Below are positions 23,148 through 35,100 of a DNA stretch of 64,000 nucleotides, one piece after another. The stretch lies in NCBI RefSeq assembly GCF_016432865.1, contig NC_067399.1, positions 5,704,001-5,768,000 of the forward strand, written 5' to 3'. The position numbers and the translations under genes were made by a program. Under the pieces are notes generated by a model that saw nothing but the letters and a program-made list of their open reading frames with translations, had not been told where the DNA came from and ran no database searches. Every line of letters begins with the position of its first letter. Position 1 is the first letter of the stretch. The DNA is from Antechinus flavipes. Lineage: Eukaryota.

Positions 23148-26100
23148 CTGCGCAAAAAAGAGAAAGGAAACGGGCGTTCTGCTCCAAGAAAGGCAAAAGT
23201 AGAACGATCCTGGCCGTCTCTGCCAGGCCTGGGCAGGCTCTCCAGCAGGCACCGGGCTCCCACGTGGGCACTCGGCATCAGAGACAGGGCGGACACTCCC
23301 AGGGATTCGGGGTTGGGCAGGGCGGGCCTGGACCAGCCTGGGGCCACCTCGTGGGCAGGAGGCGCCCGGCAGATGGCCCCTGGTGGGGTCCGGGGGGAGG
23401 GACAGAGGGCGGGGGCGGAGCCAGGGCCTTCTGCCAAGGCCCACATGGACCTTCCCGGGAACTGGATCTTCCTGGGGCACTGGAGGGAGGGAGAGACAGG
23501 GATCTGTCCCAAGTTACACGCTAGGAGGGACTGGGGGCAAGACTCGGACCCTGGTCCGAGGGCATTCTGGGATCTAGTGACGATCAGCGAGCCTTTGTGC
23601 CCCCTGGTGCCCACCAGTGTGAGCCAGGCCTGCCGTGCCATGCGGGCCCCAGACTCACTCCTGGACTGCTTCCCCTGGTTTTCCTGCAGCTGCTCCTGGT
23701 ACTGGGCGACCACCTCGGGGTAGGCAGCTTCAAACAAGGTGGCATCCTCCACCGTGAGCACAGCGGACGGCCCGACATGGGGAGCCGCACTGGCCATCAC
23801 ATAGTGCTCTGAAACACGGGGGCGGGTGGGAGGCTGGCACCTCGTGGGCAGTGCCCCACCCTCCCAGGCACCTCACGGGCACTGCCCCCCATGACCCCCA
23901 CTTGTGGGCACCCTCTGCTGTTCCTCTGAAGCGAGCCCCTGCGCCCCCCGTCTTCCCCAGTGGATCCGTCTGCAGTGGATCTGGAGGCCCTGGGGCCCCC
24001 AGAAGGCAGGGCCCAGCTCTGGCTCCCCAGGGCCTGGCACAGAAGCTAGCACACAGCAGGTGCTTAATGGAGGCTCGCTGGCCAGTAGAAGGACAGAGGC
24101 GCTGGGGAGAGGACAAAGCGAGAGCCACAAGCGCACGGGGGTCCCTGTGCAGAGCCCCCTGTCCCCCTGCTCACAACCACCTTCTGTCCCCATCTTGAGG
24201 GACCCTGCCCACTCGCCCCCAGGGCAGGAAGCCCAACAAATGCCCATTGTGCCCAACACACACCTGGCTTCTGCCACAGGATCTCCAAGCAAGGGATGCC
24301 GCTCCTGAGGCGGGAGCGGGTTATTCTGGGAGACAGAAAGTGGCCATTTAATGTGCTGTGGGGATGCCTCGGACCCGGCAGGCCCCCCCCCTCCACCCCC
24401 ATTCCTCGTGGGCCCCCCTGGCCAGCCTGACCAGATGGGGCATAAGCCCCCCTGGAGACCTCCTCCAGGGCTCCGGGGTCTCACTGGGCCCCCCGGGGCC
24501 CCCTCTTCCAGGAGGAAAGGCCGCCCCCCGCCCGTTACCGCAGGGGCCGCAGCTGGCCGGGGCCCTTGTGCCCGAGCTCCCGCTCCACCATGTCGTGATG
24601 GGCCAAGAGCCCCATGAGCTTCTCGCAGGCGTAGTGCCGTGGCCACTCCAGCTTCTCCAAGGCAAAAATCTGGATGGGGAAAGCAACAAGGGAGACGCGA
24701 GCGAGCACTTATGCGGCACCTGCTGTGTTCCTGCATCCCTGCCCACAGACGGCCCACTGACAAAGGGCGGGCACGGGGGTCTCCTGACCGAGGGCAGGGG
24801 CCTTTGCGGGGTGGGGGTCCTGGCGTGGGCGGAGCCTGGTACAGCACAACCCCCTCCCCGGGGCACGCGGAGGGGACGGGCGGCCCCACGTCGGCGGGCC
24901 GGGCTCTCACGCCAGCCTCCTGGGGCCCCTCGGGGCGCGCCCACACGCACCTGGAAGGACAAGAGGTTGGGTCTCTGGAAGCAGATTTTCTTGGTCACTC
25001 GATCCTTGTTTACCTGGAATTCTCGAATGACCTGGGAGGGGGAGGGGAGGCACAGAGAAGAAAACCAGGATTCGGACCCGGCCGCCGGCCCGCCCCGGTG
25101 AGCGCTCGTGGGGGTCTGGTCGTTACCTCAGGGAACGGGAATCCTTGGCAAGCGCAAGCTTTCCTAGAAACAAGCCACAGGCCACGAGGTCAGAGGCCGC
25201 CAGGGCCAGCCAGAAGCACGAGGGGCCCCGGGCGGTGGGGGAGGCTGGGCCAGAGCGCGGACGTGGGGTCTGGCCTCCAAGCCTCCGACGGCTCACAAAA
25301 AGGGGATGCCCACACCCGGGGGACCCTCTCACGGGGCAGTCGAGGCAGGGGAGCCGCGTCCCCGTGAAAACTCTGGGAAACGGAATTGGGGGTCATGGGA
25401 GGAAGGGGCTCCTCCTGGGCTCCCACGGGGCTGGGGGCGAGGGGAGGAAGGGCCTCCTGTGCCTCGCCCGGTGGGTTGCACCAGCAGGGTCCGGCAGCTC
25501 TGGGCAGAGGTGGGTTGGGGGCCATGGGAGCCAGGACCTCCCCGCCTTGGGGGTTACACTGGGGCCCCCCTCCCGGGATGCCGGGTTCTCAGACAGGACG
25601 CCCCCAGCCCACACCTGATTCACAGCACAAGAGCCCAGGGGCCTCTGGCCATGAGCACCTGCTTCTCCCCCTCCCTCAGGGGCCCTGCCCACCCCCCACC
25701 ACCCCTTCTCACATGACCAGGTGGCTCAATCCAGACCAAAGCTGACCCTGCAGCTGCTCCAATGACCCCCTTCTGGCCCTCTCCTGCCTTGGGGCCACAC
25801 TCCTCCCACAGCCCCGGCCCCTCCGGAGCCACCCGTGGGCACTCACTTCCCTTACTGAATCCCCCCTCCCGCAGCCCCCGGGTCTCAGGGGCCTCTCTGC
25901 CGCCCCCTCTGTCTCCTCTACGGAACTTCACGCAGGGAGACCTGGGAGGGAGGCCCCGCGCCCTCTGCCCTCCACCTTTGGACCGTCCCCCCGGGGGTCC
26001 CACCGGCTCCCGGCAACGAGCGGGCTGTCCCGTGGGCTGGGGCCTCTCACGTGCCCCTCTCCAGCCCCGCCCTGCACCCGCATCTCGCATCCATCAGGAG

Positions 26101-29100
26101 CCCCAGCAGACCCCCGTGACCCTTCCCCTCCTCCGACCTTCCCAGGGCCAGCATCCGCCCCCCGGGGTCCCCAGCAGGTCTCCGGGGCACTCGTGGAGTG
26201 GGTGCCCCCGCCCCAGGAAGCGCCACGGAGGGACCCACTTCTTGACGCTGTTCTCGGCGGCGCCCTGTAGCCGGCGGTGCTCGGCGCGGTGCCACTCGCA
26301 CAGGCAGCGGTACTTGGGGTCGTGGGGCTCGCAGTAGCGCTCGCTGCCGCACAGGCGGCAGCCGCGCAGCTCGTGGTCCGCGGGGGAGCCTGCGGAGACA
26401 CAGAGCGCCCGCTCACCGCCCGCCCGGCCCGAGGGCCCGTCACCACGGACGCTCGCGGACAATCAGCGCCCCGTCGCGGCGCCGAGATCTGAGAGGGTCC
26501 CGCGCCCAAAGCGAAGACGCATCTTTAACTGCCGCAGGAGAACCAGGAACCTGGGGCGGATTTCAGAGCAGGGCAGGAGGAGCCTCCTTCCCAGCCTCCG
26601 CGGCCTCGCTGCGCGCTCCCTTCCCGCTGACGCTCCGCCCGGGCCGGGGCTGCAGACTGTGAGCTCCTTGGCGGGCCGCCGATGGGGAGAGCGTGGGCAG
26701 AGACGGCCCCTTGTGCGGGGGGGCCGAGGCCAGGAGCCAAGTCTCTCTGGGTGAGCCCCGCGAGGTGGGCTCTCTGCCCTCCGGAGACATGTCCCCGGCC
26801 TCCCCCCTTCATCGTCCCGAGGGACAACATTAACAAAGAAGCCACTTGTGCTTCTCCCACACCACCAAAGGCTTGGACGAGCCGCGCCCCCCGCGTGTTT
26901 AACTGGTGGGCAGCGAGCGTCCCGTCCAAGCGGCCGGGAGAGGTCAGCCACGTCCCCCGGGGGGCGGAAAGCGAGGGACGAGGGCACCTCTTGGGAGGGG
27001 GAAAGAGGAGCCTGGGAGAGCCGCTGGAAGCAGGGAAGGGCGCCGCCTTCTTGGGCTCGAGAATGGCCATGGACGGGGGCCGCAGCCAGGAAACAAAGGG
27101 GCTCTGGCCCCTCAGGAAAGCTCCGACCGCACGAAGGCCCCTTGCAGGGTGGGAGCTTTTCTAGGGGCCGTGCACGGCTGTGAGAGGGTCTCAGGCCTTC
27201 CACTGGGGGACCGGGAGCCACAAGCACGAGCCCGGACGGACTGCAGTCCGTGGGGACAGAAGGGCTGGCGAGGGCCAGACGGGGCCGAACCACCGGACAC
27301 CCCACGAACGCCCCCTACCTGGATGGGCGCACACGGAGCAATGAACCGGCTTCCTAACTGGCGCTGGCGGCGGGTCGGGGCTGTGGGACTCCTCCTTCCA
27401 CTGATCGAACCTGGAAAGGCAGCAGCCGAGTGGGGCCAGGGCCCGGGGCAGCTCAGCGCTCTCGGGGCAGATGCCCGGGCTCCTCCCTAATTCCACAGAG
27501 CATCCCCTTACGGAGAGGGTCGCGGGAGCCAGTGAGGAAACCGCCCCCGATCTGCAGATGGGGGCGCTGGAGCCCAGTGTGGAAACCGCCCCCGATCTGC
27601 AGACGGGGTCACGGGAGCCAGTGAGGAAACCGCCCCCGATCTGCGGACAGGGGCGCTGGAGCCCAGTGTGGCTTGCCCAGGACTGGCCAAGGGCTGGAGG
27701 GAGCTGCTACACAGACCCACCTCCCTCCCCGTCAGCTGGGCGAGGAGGAGGGGTCAGGGAAACGGAGCACTGCGGAGCTTCTCGGCGCCCAGGGATTCTC
27801 CAAGGGCCGAGGCTCCTCTCCAATGCTCTGCCCCCAATCTCACTCACTGACCCTCACTCCTCCTCTCTGGGAGACGGACGGCGACCGTCAGGGACAGCCG
27901 GTTTCCGAGGCCCCCGCTGGTAGCCCAGGTATCCCGACACGTGAAGGGGTGAGGGCCGAGCCCGGATGTTGGGCTTTGTTCTTTAGTTTTGTCCTGTGTT
28001 TGTGGCTCTCCGGGGGGAGGGGAGCCTGGCAAAGACGTCCAATACCTAAGGCTACGTGGGCCACGGTTTGAATTTATAAAAGGCATGAAGGACTTGGCGG
28101 ACGTCATTTACACCTTTCCTTACTCCGAAAGGCTCTGCTTGAAAATAACTGGCTGTGGGCAGGAGACTCATCCGAGCATTTTACGTCCCAACCAGACTTA
28201 TCTGAACCAGTTTATGTCCCGGCTGGACTTATTTGACCTATTTTACCGCTAACTGGAGCCACCCCAGCAATGCTCATGGCCGGAGGCCCAGAGCAAAGGA
28301 AGAGAACGAGAAGGCCGCACTGAGCCCGGCTTCCTCAGACATCCCTGGGAAAAAGTGGAGTCGAGGGGCACGAGGGAATTTTCAGTTAGAATCCAAGCAC
28401 CTAAAGCAGCCTCTCGAACATAAAAGCAAACTTGTAAAGAGTTGGCCGAGGCCTCCGAGGCCGCGGGTCTGGCCTGACTCCTCCCGGGCCGGAGGGCCGG
28501 GCTCAGCATCCCTCGGCAGGCCCCCGAGCCACAGGGATACCCTCTGCAGGAGAACGCTCCCCTGAGAGCAAGCGGAGCCCGGCCACTCTCACCTGTCGGT
28601 CCTGGGCCAGCCCGGCTCTTTCTGACCTTCTTGACTCCAAGCGTCCACTCCTCTCTGCTGGCTGCTCCAGAGCTTCCCCCAGCCCCTGGGCCCTCCTGTC
28701 CCTGCATGTGACCCCCCACAGGGGCTCCTCCTCAGGGCCCAGCTCCCTCCCTCCTTCCTCTCTCCCTTCCCCCACTAGAAGGGAAGCTTCTGGAGGGCAG
28801 AGCCACCTTTGCTTTTAGGTGCACATGTGCCTCCGGGCCCACAGGAAGCATTTGCTCAATGCTTCCTGCCCCTGACTGCCCTCCCACTGCAGGGAGAGAG
28901 TGGGGCGTGCTCCGGCCCCCTCATGGGCCCCAGGGTTCAGCCCCCCGGGTCCCCCAAAGGCAGTCTCCTCCCAGGCCAACGGGGGCTGATGATGCCGCCG
29001 GGGAAGAGCCGCGTCCTCGAGTTCACCTTGGACTTACTTCTGCAGCAAGCTCTGCCCTTTCAAAGAGCGCACAAGCTTTAGCGCCAGCTCCTTTCCAACT

Positions 29101-32100
29101 CCAGGGACTCCCTTCAGGAAGAAAAAACAACGTGACCCAAGGAAAGCGCCATCAATCCCAGGAACAAGCCCCCTCTCCCCCGGCGGCAGATTCCCCCAGG
29201 GCCGCTTTAAAGGGAGATCTTGGGAAAGCGAGCGGATCTGGGGCTGCAGATGGGGCCACCAAGACGGCAGCGGCGCTTCTGGGGCCCCGAAGGTGGGGTG
29301 ACGGGGCACGCCGGGGCGCTCCTCACCACAGGGGGCAAGAGTTTACAAATGGATCGGGGAGATATGAACAAAGTCCAGCTGTCTCCTCTGAACCCGCCAA
29401 CAAAGGCACTGACGCAAGGGCTGAAGGAGGTGGAAAGAGCCCCGACAGGACAGGATGCCAGCCAGGCCTTGGGAAGGGCTGAGGGGCCCACTTGGCTGCT
29501 GGCAGGGGGTGCTTCGAGCAAGCTCCTGAGGGAACCACTTGGGAGGGGAGCACCCGAGAGAAGGGTCAAGCCCCTGGGGGCTTCCACAAGGTGGAAGACT
29601 GCCCCCCCCCCGTGCCATAGCAGTGCCTCCGGGACAGTAAGAGCGGGGTTCCCTGGGAGCATGGGCCCCAGCAGACACAGTGAGCGTGCCCTAAAACTGG
29701 CAGGAGACACCGGGGGACTGAGGGCTGACGGGCTCTCCTCTCAGCACGTGCGCTCACTAAGCTGGAGCCCGGCACGCCGCAGCCCCCGCAGCGAGAAGGT
29801 GCCCCCTGGTTTGAGGACATTTTGTATCCACCCCTTCCTAAAAGCTCATCAAGTCTGGCTAGCCAATTGTGATCAACAATCGAGGGAGAAGCACACACAT
29901 GGGGGCCCGGGAGCGCTAACAAACCCCCAAAACCCTGAGGGGCGACGTGTCCCCTTCTGCCGCTCTGGGGACCCCCCGGGAAGGCTGCTGAGCAGCCATA
30001 TCCACCAACAGGCCCATGTCCGGCTCCGGCCCCTTCCGGAGCCCAAGCACGGGGCGTCAGAGTCTAACCGACGTAGACTCGCTTCTTTTTAAAAAACTAT
30101 TACTACCTGAAGAAGCTTTTATTTATTTACTCATTTAAGGAAATTCCCTGGAAAGATAATGCATTTTGAAGGTAACAAAGCCATCAGGGGTCTATGATGA
30201 GTCTGACGCCCTCTGGGAAGTGGCTCCTTCTCAACTCGGATCACCACGTCCACGCCCCCCCCTTATCTGGACCCTGAAAAACCACTTTTCTGGCATGAAG
30301 TCTTTTCAGGACAAACTGGGACTTTCTGCACCTTAAATGGAGACCTTTGCCTGAGCAGTCGGGAGAGCGGGGATCTGAGTGCTCCCTCAGTCCCACCCTG
30401 GGCAGATCTGGTCTTGCACCTGGGAACCCTTCCAAAGGTGCTCCGAGTCTCCCTCCGTCCTTCTGCAGCAGCCCCGGGAGAGCTCACCAGGCTTCCGCCC
30501 CGGCCTCTTCCTCTCCAGCCGCCTCCTCCACAATCAGCCACTCAAGAAACACACATTAAATGCCGACTGCGTGCCAAGCACCGAGGGTACACAAAGAGAC
30601 GACCAGGAGTCCCTGCCCTCGTGGTGCTCCAAGGAGGAAGGCTTCAAGCGGGCCAACCAGACACAAAGCGAGCTCTCCCCGGGATAAACAGGGCACAGGG
30701 GATAAATCCAGGGGTCTGAGCTTTGGGGTAAGAAGGACTGACAAAGATCGTTGAGAAAACGGAAAACCAGCTTGTCAGAAACTCTGAAAAGATGGACATC
30801 TGCCATTGTGTGCTAAGAGAAGGTCCAAATGGGAAGGTGGGGATTGGGGAGCATGGGAAATTGTGCCCGTCAGATCTGTGGGTAAAGGAAGAATTTCTGA
30901 CCAACAAGAGACAGAGATGATCACAGGAAGTAAAATGGATTACTGGATTATTCTTATTTAAAAAGGTTTTATACGAACAAAACCAAAGCAGCCAAGATTA
31001 GTGGGGAAACTGGGGGGAGGGGGAAATCATGCAAGTTTCTCTGATAAAGAGCTCATTTTTCAAATATAGGGAACTGAGTCAAATTTACAAAAATAAGAGC
31101 CATTCCTCAATTGAAAATGGTCACATGAACAAGCAGTTTTCAAAAGAAACCAAAGCCATCTATCGTCGTTAAGTTATTTCAGTTGTGTCCTAATCTTCAC
31201 GGTCCTATTTGGGGTTTTCTTAGCAAAAGGGTGATTTACCATTTCCTTCTTCAGTTCATTTTACAGAGAAAGAAACTGAGGCAAACGGGGTTCAGTGGCT
31301 TTCCCAGGGTCTGAGACTGGATTTGAACTCAGGAAGAGGAGAAATCTTGATTCCAGCCCTGGCACCTAGCCATTCAGATATCTAAACACACATAAACCAA
31401 TGCTCTAAATCACTACTGATTAGAGAAATGGGAACTTTTGTTTTTCTTCCCGGGTTATTTCTACCTTCTGAATCCAATTCTCCCTGTGCAACAAGAGAAC
31501 TGTTTGGTTCTGCGAACATATATTGTATCTAGGATATACTGTAACCTATTCAACATGTAAAGGACTGCTTGCCATCTGGGGGAGGGGGTGGAGGGAGGGA
31601 GGGGAAAAATGGGAACAGAAGTGAATGCAAGGGATAATGCTGTAAAAAATTACCCTGGCATGAGTTCTATCAATAAAAAGGTATTTTAAAAAAAAAAAAA
31701 AAAAAGGAAGGTGATACACCATGCACACACACATATTCATAATTCAGTCTCTTTAAATAATGCTAACTTGTCATTTATAAAACACATTAAAGCTTGTAGA
31801 GCTCATTAAAAAAAAAAGAAATGGGAACTAAAACAACTTGGGGTACCACCTCTCACCCACCAGATCACAAATGCTGGAGAGATAGAAAAATAGGGGCGCT
31901 ACGCATCGTTGGTGGAGTTGTGAACTGGCCCAACCATTCAGGAAAACAGTTTGGAACACGCCCTCAGGGCTCTCACACTATCTATGCAGCAACCCCACAA
32001 GGGCTCTGTGCTAGGGGAGGGCAGAACCGAAGGAATGACCCTTTCTGTGTGGCTGGGGAGTGGTGGGGGAGGCGGACATGAGATGCAGGCTGTGAAACGC

Positions 32101-35100
32101 AGGGCCAGGCCGCTCTTTAGGGCAGAAGTGGGGAGAGAAGCCCCAGAGTCAAGCCCCGAACTCTCCCAAGATGGAAGCTGAGAAGGCCACGCTTTTCTTC
32201 TTGGTTAGCTGGCATGAAACATCTGGGAGGCTAAAACCCACACCCAGAAAGCGCCCGAGCACAAGCCCAAGCCATCCCTGATGCCCCCAGAGACTTCAGA
32301 AACTGGACCAATGTGGAGAGATCATGGCTGGGTCGGGCTAACCTAAACCAGGTGGGCGTGCCGAGCCAGGGTGGGGCCAGCTAGACTCCCAGGAGCCCTG
32401 GAAGGAGGTAAAAAGAATAATCTAATGCATCTGGATGCACAGAGGTGAACCACATCAAGGACTCAAGGACCGCCCTGAGGAGGAGGAGGTTCTTACAAGG
32501 TGCTAAGTCAGTGGAAGTGATAGAGACAACGGTTGCTTAACAGTTCTCTAGATGTACTTGGTACTTCTTAGAGTTCACACCTTTAAGAGAGCATATATAA
32601 GCTAGGAGCCTCAACCAGGAGGGACCGTGGGAGACTCAGAGCCAGGATTCAGTTGATGCCAGAGATGGCAGAACCACGGGAGACAGAGAAGAGGTGGCAG
32701 GCTGTCCTGTGGAGAGCACTGAAGCCAAGATCCCAAAGGCCTCCAGAAAGCTAGCCGAGCCCCCAGGGCAGGAGATGATTTTGGAAGAGACAATAAAGGA
32801 TTTGGACTTTAATTCCTGCTACGTTTGAGGTGATTATTACATAGAACTGAAACTAAGGCTGCTCCCACAAGTCCCCCAGGAAACCTGCTCCCAGAGAACA
32901 TTATATTTTAGAGAAAAAAACATTACAGAGGAGAGCCGCCTACCAAAGCGCATCATGTTGGCCCGACGCACATGCACAGAGGCAGGAAGCCCCCACCTTT
33001 ACCAGCCACTTGCCATGGTGGACCGAAGGGCTGCGGGTCTGCTCGCTTGCACGGCAACCCAGAGCGTGTCCCGCGTCCCACCCCATGCCAGGCAGATGAG
33101 GAGGACGCGGGTCTCAAGGGGGGCCCCGCCGGGGGCCACACAAACAGATGTCGGCTGCCTCTCGAAAGCCCTCCCTTTACTAAGCCCACGTCCGAAAGGC
33201 AGGATTTTCTCCACACGCTTCCACCGAAGCGTCTTGTGCCGAGCGAGTGCAGACGTCCCCACGGAGCGAGACAACATCAGTGCCGCGCCGCGCTTCCGGC
33301 TGGGAAAGGAGCGCTTGTGAGTGAAAACGTGCTCTTTGCGTTAACTGGTGGGCTTCCTATTACTTTAGATGAATCAATAAATATTTTTATAAATGCGTCA
33401 GTTTTAATTTCCAACGTGGGAAAGCTGACAGCTGCGACTCATGCAAAGAGAAACTCTTTCAGGAGTGACCGGCTTGAGGACCACCGGCTTCCTCCATCCA
33501 GCCAACCAGCCGTTATGGAGGTGCGACTGTGCTCCGAGCCCCACAGCAGGATTGGGGTGACAGGAACGAGGCAAAGGCGGCTCCTGCCTGCGAAGGGACG
33601 ACTCCCTGCAGGGTGAGCGGGGGCCCACGTGCAATGTGAGTCAATATGGAGCACGCACGGAGCAAAGACCCACGTGGGCCAGTCTTAGGGCGGTAAGGGG
33701 GTGCCCCGGCAACAAAGGCACCACGACAACAGGAGCCCCAAGCAGGTCCTTTTCTCAGTCTGTGGCAACCACGAGTCAAACTAACAGGAGGTCCATGAGC
33801 ATTCGCTCCAGACCAAGCTGGGGAGGCAAAGGGGGCGGCGCCGGCGGCTTACCTTCGGAAGGTAGTCACAGCCCAGGAGCACGGCCAAGCCGATCAGGGC
33901 GTCCCGATCCAGGCCCAGATCCCTCTTAATCGAGGACATTGTGTAGCAATCCACATGGGGGTCCTAAAAGACAGGGAGCGTGCATGTGTTTGAGCTTCAT
34001 GGATCCCTCTCAGCATAGTCTCCTGCACTGTGTGTGTATGTGGAGGGAATACATAAAATCCCAACGTCCCAGCGGGAAGGAAAGACCATTCGGTGTCAAG
34101 AGCACCCCGAGGAGGCTCGGGCAGGCTCCACCCAAAGGGCTCCAGGACCCGGGATGGGCTAAGAAACTTTGCCTCGAGGCCCACACTCCTCAGAGGAGGA
34201 GGACGAGCCTGAAGTCAGTCACCCTCGGTCACTGGGTCGGAGGCAGATGCAGCATCTTGGGCTCCAACAACTGCTCAAGAACTTTCTCTGTAATCATTAT
34301 CCTCGTGGGGTCCGCGGTGAAGAGGGCTCTTACTGAGCAGGTGCAGCTGGCAATTTAGTCGCATCCTGCACCCCCGGCTCCTGACTTACGACCTGGGATG
34401 AGCACCTGAAGGCACCAAGGCTGGGAGAAGGGAAACTCCTTGTGGAGACAAGGGACCTCCTGCCCAGGCTCAAACCCTGGGATGCGTCCGAGACAGCCCT
34501 GCCCCACGTCTCTTTGGCTTTGAGGGCTAATCTTTATGGCACGCTGCCTCAGAATGTCCTCCCCCCAAATTTAATCACTTGACAATAATAATCTTCAAAA
34601 ATTAATTTTCAAAAACACATACCTTTACATTCATAGTGAAATTTCGATAAACAGTCTGTGCTCCGTAAAGGAAAGCGTCTCCATCGTCAGTGAGGCACCC
34701 GTCCACGTAGCCATGGGCATTGAGGTAGGCGCACATAGCCTCGGCTTCCCCGGCTGCCTGAACCCACGGAACTCCCAAGCACTCCAACAAGTCAAGGCAC
34801 TAGGAGCAGAATCCACCAAAATCAGGGGCTGCTTCCGATCAGTCAATCGGCATCAAGTGCCTACTGTGTGCACTAGCTTATGCTTCCTGCATGATCCTTC
34901 TCCAGGTATCATGACGCCCAAAGGGGGAACAATTTATGAAGTTAAAAACTGTCTTTTAAGGACACAAAGATTCCAAATGTAGATAAACGATACAGATGGG
35001 TGGACGATAGCTAAATGATACACAGATGTTATGGAGAGAGGGACAGATGACAGATTGATGGTGGGTGGGGAGATAGGTAGAGGGACACAATGCAGGTCAG

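Larger units (their letters stand above)
30930..32080 (+). mobile_element. Old L1 ORF2 3' fragment hosting two younger insertions
   Basis: L1-like text (GCCATTCCTCAATTG...GATTAGAGAAATG|...|ACAACTTGGGGTACCAC...GTTGGTGGAGTTGTGAAC) continues across both inserts; boundaries approximate. Confidence 0.7.

Noticed and set aside
23142-23152. CAG|GTAAG at the start of the last GEN1 exon, resembling a recursive splice site
   Set aside because: It is the terminal exon and no downstream acceptor is evident. The GT is required by the codon phase.
29220-30092. 290 aa plus-strand ORF in GEN1 intron 5
   Set aside because: No recognisable domain and a GC-rich context. Stranded RNA-seq or a BLAST hit would be needed to revive it.
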